In this document: positions 44,401 through 50,400 of the stretch, one piece after another
How the letters are laid out: each line of letters starts with the position of its first letter
How positions within the stretch are numbered: the first letter of the stretch is position 1
NCBI GenBank assembly: GCA_030264375.1
Contig: JASCQW010000099.1
Location: 34,594,597-34,658,596 of the forward strand
Reading direction: 5' to 3'
Source of the DNA: Carcharhinus longimanus
Taxonomy: Eukaryota
Length of the DNA: 64,000 nt
Position numbers and translations under genes: made by a program
Notes under the pieces: model-generated
The model's input: only the letters and a program-made list of their open reading frames with translations
Database searches by the model: none
What the model was told of the DNA's origin: nothing

Positions 44401-47400
44401 NNNNNNNNNNNNNNNNNNNNNNNNNNNNNNNNNNNNNNNNNNNNNNNNNNNNNNNNNNNNNNNNNNNNNNNNNNNNNNNNNNNNNNNNNNNNNNNNNNNN
44501 NNNNNNNGATAGTGCGACATGAACCCAAGATCCTGGTTGAGCCATCCTCATGTGTGTGGAACTTGGCTATCAGTCTCTGCTCAGCTCTGCACTGTCGTAT
44601 GTTGTGAAGAACGTTTACCCGAAGATCAGAGGCCGAATGCCCATGACCACTGAAGTGTTCACCAACAGGAAGAGAACAGTCCTGCCTGGCGATTGTTGAG
44701 TGGTGTTCATTCATCCGTTGTTGTACGACAGAGACTGATAACCAAGTTCTGCACACATGAGGATGGCCTGAACCGGGATCTTGTGTTCATGTCACACTAT
44801 TTGTAACCCTCATGACTTGCCTGGGCTTGCCATATCTCATGAGCTGTCCTGGCTGGAGACAATCTCTTTAACCTATGCTTAATGCTATCTCCACTCACAT
44901 TGTCTGCACTTTTAAGACTTGATTAGCTGTAACAACTCGCATTCTATTAATATTCTGTAAACTGAGTGTGTGTCTTTATATGCCCTGTTTGTGATCAGAA
45001 TTCCCCACTCATCTGACGAAGGGGCGGAACCCCGAAAGCTAGTGAGTGGTGTTTGCTACTAAATAAACCTGTTGGACTTTAACCTGGTGTTGTGAGACTT
45101 CATATCATGAGTGAGGGCAGTGGGGGGGTGGGGTAGATTGTTGTCGCTGACCAATTGAGCAGGGAATGGGGGTTACTAGTGAACCTAAGAGTGGGGTGAG
45201 GGGGCAGGTAATGGAAGAGCTGAATGTTGGGGTTCGGATAACCATACAGTGGTGGGGGGTTGCCTTAAAGCAACCAAAATTTACAACTTTTGTGAAATCA
45301 TAGCATTTTAAAAGTAAGAAACTGGTCATTCACTTTGAGCATTACATTGCACAGAGGAGATTTATAGACTGGTTTTGGTTGTTCAAATGGAATTTGCCTC
45401 AGGGTAAGGAATAACAGGACCAGAGAATTTCTTTCTACTTAACGCCNNNNNNNNNNNNNNNNNNNAATGATTTCCACAATAGAATGGTAATTCTGAAATC
45501 AGGTGCATTGCAATGTTGACTCCCTTCTGCTAACCAAGTTTGGAGAAAAGTGTCTTTCTGTTAAGATATCGGGAAGAAAGTATAACAGAGGTTTGTACCT
45601 TTTAATTTTCTTCTCTTTCTTTTTCTGGACACGTGTATTGAGCAGCATTGACTGTTCCATGAAGGCTGTTTCATACAACCATCGAACAAACAGCTGGGAT
45701 GTCCTTTCAATCCTTTGAATGTGTCGGCCCCACACGTAAAACGTTGAGAAGAACAGCCCTAGCCAAAAGCAGATAGCAAAGGAGCCAAGCAGTGCCAAAC
45801 TGCTGGAATCTAACACTGCTGGTGCTCTGCAAAGGCTGCGAGGAATTTCTAAAAGCAGGATTTGTACAGGGTCGCTGTCATTGGAGGTTTTTAAGGTGTG
45901 GCAGAGGCCAGTCAAGTTAAAAGTAGCCACTTCGCCATGTTTATTGGAACTATCATACAACACAATCAAAATAGCAAAAAACACAATTGGAGTGGCTAAT
46001 ATGGAAGGCAAAATGAAACTGCGTCTGACTGCATGCATTTTACACACAAGAACCCCAAACCAGTGGCAAAGGGCAGAAGAAATCACCTGTATTCCAAAGA
46101 GGCTCAAAATCATTTTTAACTCAAATTGCGAGACTGTTTTCACATCTTCCCAATTATATTCCTTGATTGGAATCCATGCTGCCACTACAGCGCCAGTAAC
46201 TAGGATTCGAACTGCATTGGTAAAAATGTATGTGATGTTTCTGGTAAGTCTCAAGCTTTTCCTTATATTTTCCATCACTTCAATTTTGCAGTACAATGTA
46301 AAATTTTCCCACCAATTGAAGGATACGATTATTAAGGCAACAATTGCAAGGCCCACATATGGTTGGATGTGTTTAAACTCATCTAAATGCTGTTGGGGAT
46401 TGTGAGCTAAAATAAAAAGCAAAAGGCCCAGGAAAACAAAGCCAAAGCCGGCCAATGGGAATAATATAGAAGGTTTGAGTGGTTTCAGCTGAAAGATTAC
46501 TTGCAGAAGAGAGGGAAGAAGGCAAACACCATTCAAAATGTACAGATTGGTTATAATGTCAAAGTGAGGCATGCAGACTAACACCAGGACTGAAGTGCCA
46601 AAAGCAACAACTGCTTCGATTATGCAAACCTGGCAAGAAAAAGAATTTAAAAATTTTAAAGCAAAATTATAAGATTGCAAACACAAGGTTAACATTGAAA
46701 TAAAGTTGGGCCAATTAGGTTCTTCACTGATTTTCAGTTCATTTAATCTACCTTGATAGATAAGTTCTGAACCCACGAGATAACTCCTTTTGCATTTACA
46801 AATTACTTCAGTAGAATTTTCAAGCCTTTCAAGTCGATGGATTTAAATATCAGGCAGTGCCAATAACAGTGGTCATCACATATACTCGAGCTGACTTCCT
46901 ATCCCTGGCATTTATGAAGCTCCATCCAGTGTAGAAATGTGCAGCTGTAGGTTTGACTTTATGTGACAGAATGTGAGATTTAAATATAGATGGTGGAATT
47001 TTCCCCAAAAATGCATCATAACAGCATGAAAATGGGAGCCCTCAATGCTGGTCTTCAGGGGGAGCCTGGCACTGCAATCTTCTGGCACTGCCAGTTTTGC
47101 TGACAGTCGGCAGCTTTCTGACGGAGGTGGGGAGGAGGGGTGGAGGGGGTGCTAGTGAAACTGGCTTCAGAGTGCTCAGGTGCCATTATGTAAGGCATCC
47201 TGAATTACTAGTGCACCGAGAGACCCCCACTATGGACATCAGTCACCTCCCTCCCCTCTTGGCGGCAGCTTGGCTACCCCCCACGATGACAGGGGTTGCT
47301 CGCATTGAGGCATCAGAACCCTTCCAATGAGGCTCCCGTAGACTACCAAAATGCCCCCTTGCTCCCTGTGCAGCCCGGCCTTGCATGAACCTCTGCTTGC

Positions 47401-50400
47401 ACCCTTTGCTGACCATCCCCTTTGCAGAGCTCCCCTTTGTTAACCATCTTTTTGTATACCTCGTCCTCTGCATATGCCCCCCCATCGTTGTGCATATCCC
47501 CCGTTGTAGCCCACCTCCACTCAGGCACCGCCCCCACTTACGCCACACCTCTTGGCACTGCCAGGGTGCCAGGTAGGCACTGCCAGGGTGCCAGGTAGGC
47601 ACTGCCTGATGTACTACTGACTGCGCACTGATCAGCCATGACCACCTGGCTAATGGCATCCGATCATCCTGGCGTGGCCACAGCGCCTGGTCTCCAATAT
47701 GGCAAAGCAGTAGTGATTCTTATCAGCGTCATGCCTAGCCGATGACGCTCGGGAACATCTGAGGTGGGGGAGAACGGGGGTGCAGAAACAGCTGTACCAA
47801 TCCCAGTAACAATGCTAATAGAAAAGGCGCGAAGCCTTTCTCACTGGCAAAACAGGGCCGGGAAGATAGCAATCCAATTCGCACCGGACACAAATCAGAT
47901 TTTTGACCTCACACACTATCAACCCGTGCGGTGAGCTGGTAAGATTGTGCCCAAAGTGTGAAATGTACTTGTCATATTTAATAGACCGTGAATTAAATAT
48001 TCAATTCATCTTTTTCTTTCTCTTTGCTTCCAGTGTGTGTTCTAAAACAATAACTTTGGAACTACTTTTCGTTAATTTTTTTCCAAAGTAACAACTAAAT
48101 TACTCCTGCAGAAAGATCACACTTGGATGAGTGAACTCCACAAATTTACACTATTTAAACTAAATTTGTCGACATTGACTATTTCCTAAAATCTCTTGTT
48201 TTGTATTAATGCCACGTCAGTACATATATAAAGTCACAATAATATTTGTATAACTTGAAAAGACATTTAAATTAGATTTCTGTTTGAACGTACTGAAGGA
48301 GATGGAATGTCTAAGACTTAAAATTGTCTTGTACATCTTGTGCTGAATTAATCTGTCTAAGATTCTTTTCCCTGTCATTTAAGCAGGTAATTACTTAAAA
48401 AATAAATTTGAATTCTGATTCATTGCTTGGTAATTTCAGGTTAAATAAATCTATGCAAAGTGATTGATGATTCAGCTCTGCTGAATGATAATTAGCACTG
48501 GCTGATCTCCAAAATCTAAACATTTCCAAAAGTTTATAAACTAAAGGATAGATGGTTCAGCTTACCATTCCCAGAATACTCAGTGGAGGAGTAATGGATG
48601 ATCCAAATGCCGTTTTCCATAAAGCCTTTGCCAATGCCAGAACATTAGGTACCAACAATGCACAAGCTAAGACAAGGTGAATGAAAGGCTTGTTTTCAAA
48701 GGGTGAGTGAGTGTTTGATATGCTGATCAATAAGAGAAGACTGGTCTGCAAAATATAGAAGTGTACATTCTTCAGTATTCACACCACTCAACTCAACATG
48801 TCAAAATGGGACAAAATAGTGACTAATCACAAGCTATTACTGGACAGTTTCAAAAGTAATTAGCTCCCTTGGAGTTAAAAAGGATATTGAAACAATTTTT
48901 GGCATTTTCCATGCTTGGTCTTCAAGAGATGGGTTTTGTGTCTCTCCTAAACTGACATGTTTATCAAGTTCATCCCAGCATCAGGTCGCTTGATGGAAGG
49001 GAAATTTTTCCAACCAGTTCTGCACTATTCATTGCTGTCAACTAGGATCGGATAAGACATATTGCCAGTCCTGACAGAGATCCAGCATATCTGGGTCCTG
49101 CTGAAAATTCCTGAGCTTCTACTGTACTTGGAATCGGTTGCATTTTTGGACACATGCATCACCATCAAGGACAGTCACTTCAGCACTTCACTGTACCACA
49201 AGCCCACGGATAACCTCACGATGCTCCAATTCTCCAGCTTCCACCCTAAACAAATTAAAGAAGCCATCCCTTACGGACAAGCCCTCCTTATACACAGGAT
49301 CTGCCCAGATGAGGAGGATTGCAACAGACACCTCCAGGTGCTGAAAGATGCCCTCATAAGAACAGGATATGGCATTCGACTCATCAATCAACAGTTCTGA
49401 CACGCCACAGTGAAAAACCGCACAATCTCCTCAGAAGACAGAGTATCCTTCGTTGTCCAGTACTTCGCCGGAGCGGAGAAGCTATGACCTCTTCTCCATG
49501 TCATTGATGAAGGCGAACATCTTGCCAAAGCCATCTCCACAACCCCACTTCTTGCCTTCAAACAACCGCACAACCTCAAACAGACCACTGTCCCCAGCAA
49601 ACTACCCAGTCTTCAGGAGAACAGTGACCACAACACCACAAAACCCTGCCATAGCAACCTCTGCAAGATGTGCCGGATCATCGACACAGATGCCATCATC
49701 TCACGTGAGAGCACCATCCATCAGGTACACGGTACACACTCTTGCAAATCGGCCAACAATGTTTACCTGATACGCTGCAAGAAAGGATGTCCTGAGGCAT
49801 GGTACATTGGGGAGACCATGCAGACGCTATGACAACAGATGAATGAACACCACTCGACAATCACCAGGCAAAAGTGTTCTCTTCCTGTTGGTGAACACTT
49901 CAGCGGTCACGGGCACTTGGCCTCTGATCTTTGGGTAAGCATTCTCCAAGGCGGCCTCCACGACACGCGGAGTTGCTGAGCAGAGACTGATAGTCANNNN
50001 NNNNNNNNNNNNNNNNNNNNNNNNNNNNNNNNNNNNNNNNNNNNNNNNNNNNNNNNNNNNNNNNNNNNNNNNNNNNNNNNNNNNNNNNNNNNNNNNNNNN
50101 NNNNNNNNNNNNNNNNNNNNNNNNNNNNNNNNNNNNNNNNNNNNNNNNNNNNNCATTGTCTGTACCTTTAAGACTTGATTACCTGTAAAGACTCGCATTC
50201 CAACCATTATTTTGTAAATTGAGTTTGTGTGTTTATATGCCCTGTTTGTGAACTGAACTCCCACTCACCTGACGAAGGAGCAGCGCTCCAAAAGCTAGTG
50301 ACTTTTGTTACCAAATAAACCTGTTGGACTTTATCCTGGTGTTGTGAGGCTTCTTACTGCTTCTACTGTGCCCCAGGACAACTTATATCAGGAACATATT

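Noticed and set aside
50261-50300. Second active hammerhead ribozyme (also degenerate motifs near 18230-18265, 18652-18663 and 51528-51562)
   Set aside because: The catalytic GAAA box is mutated to AAAA. The other motifs have altered CTGANGA boxes or are cut by a gap.
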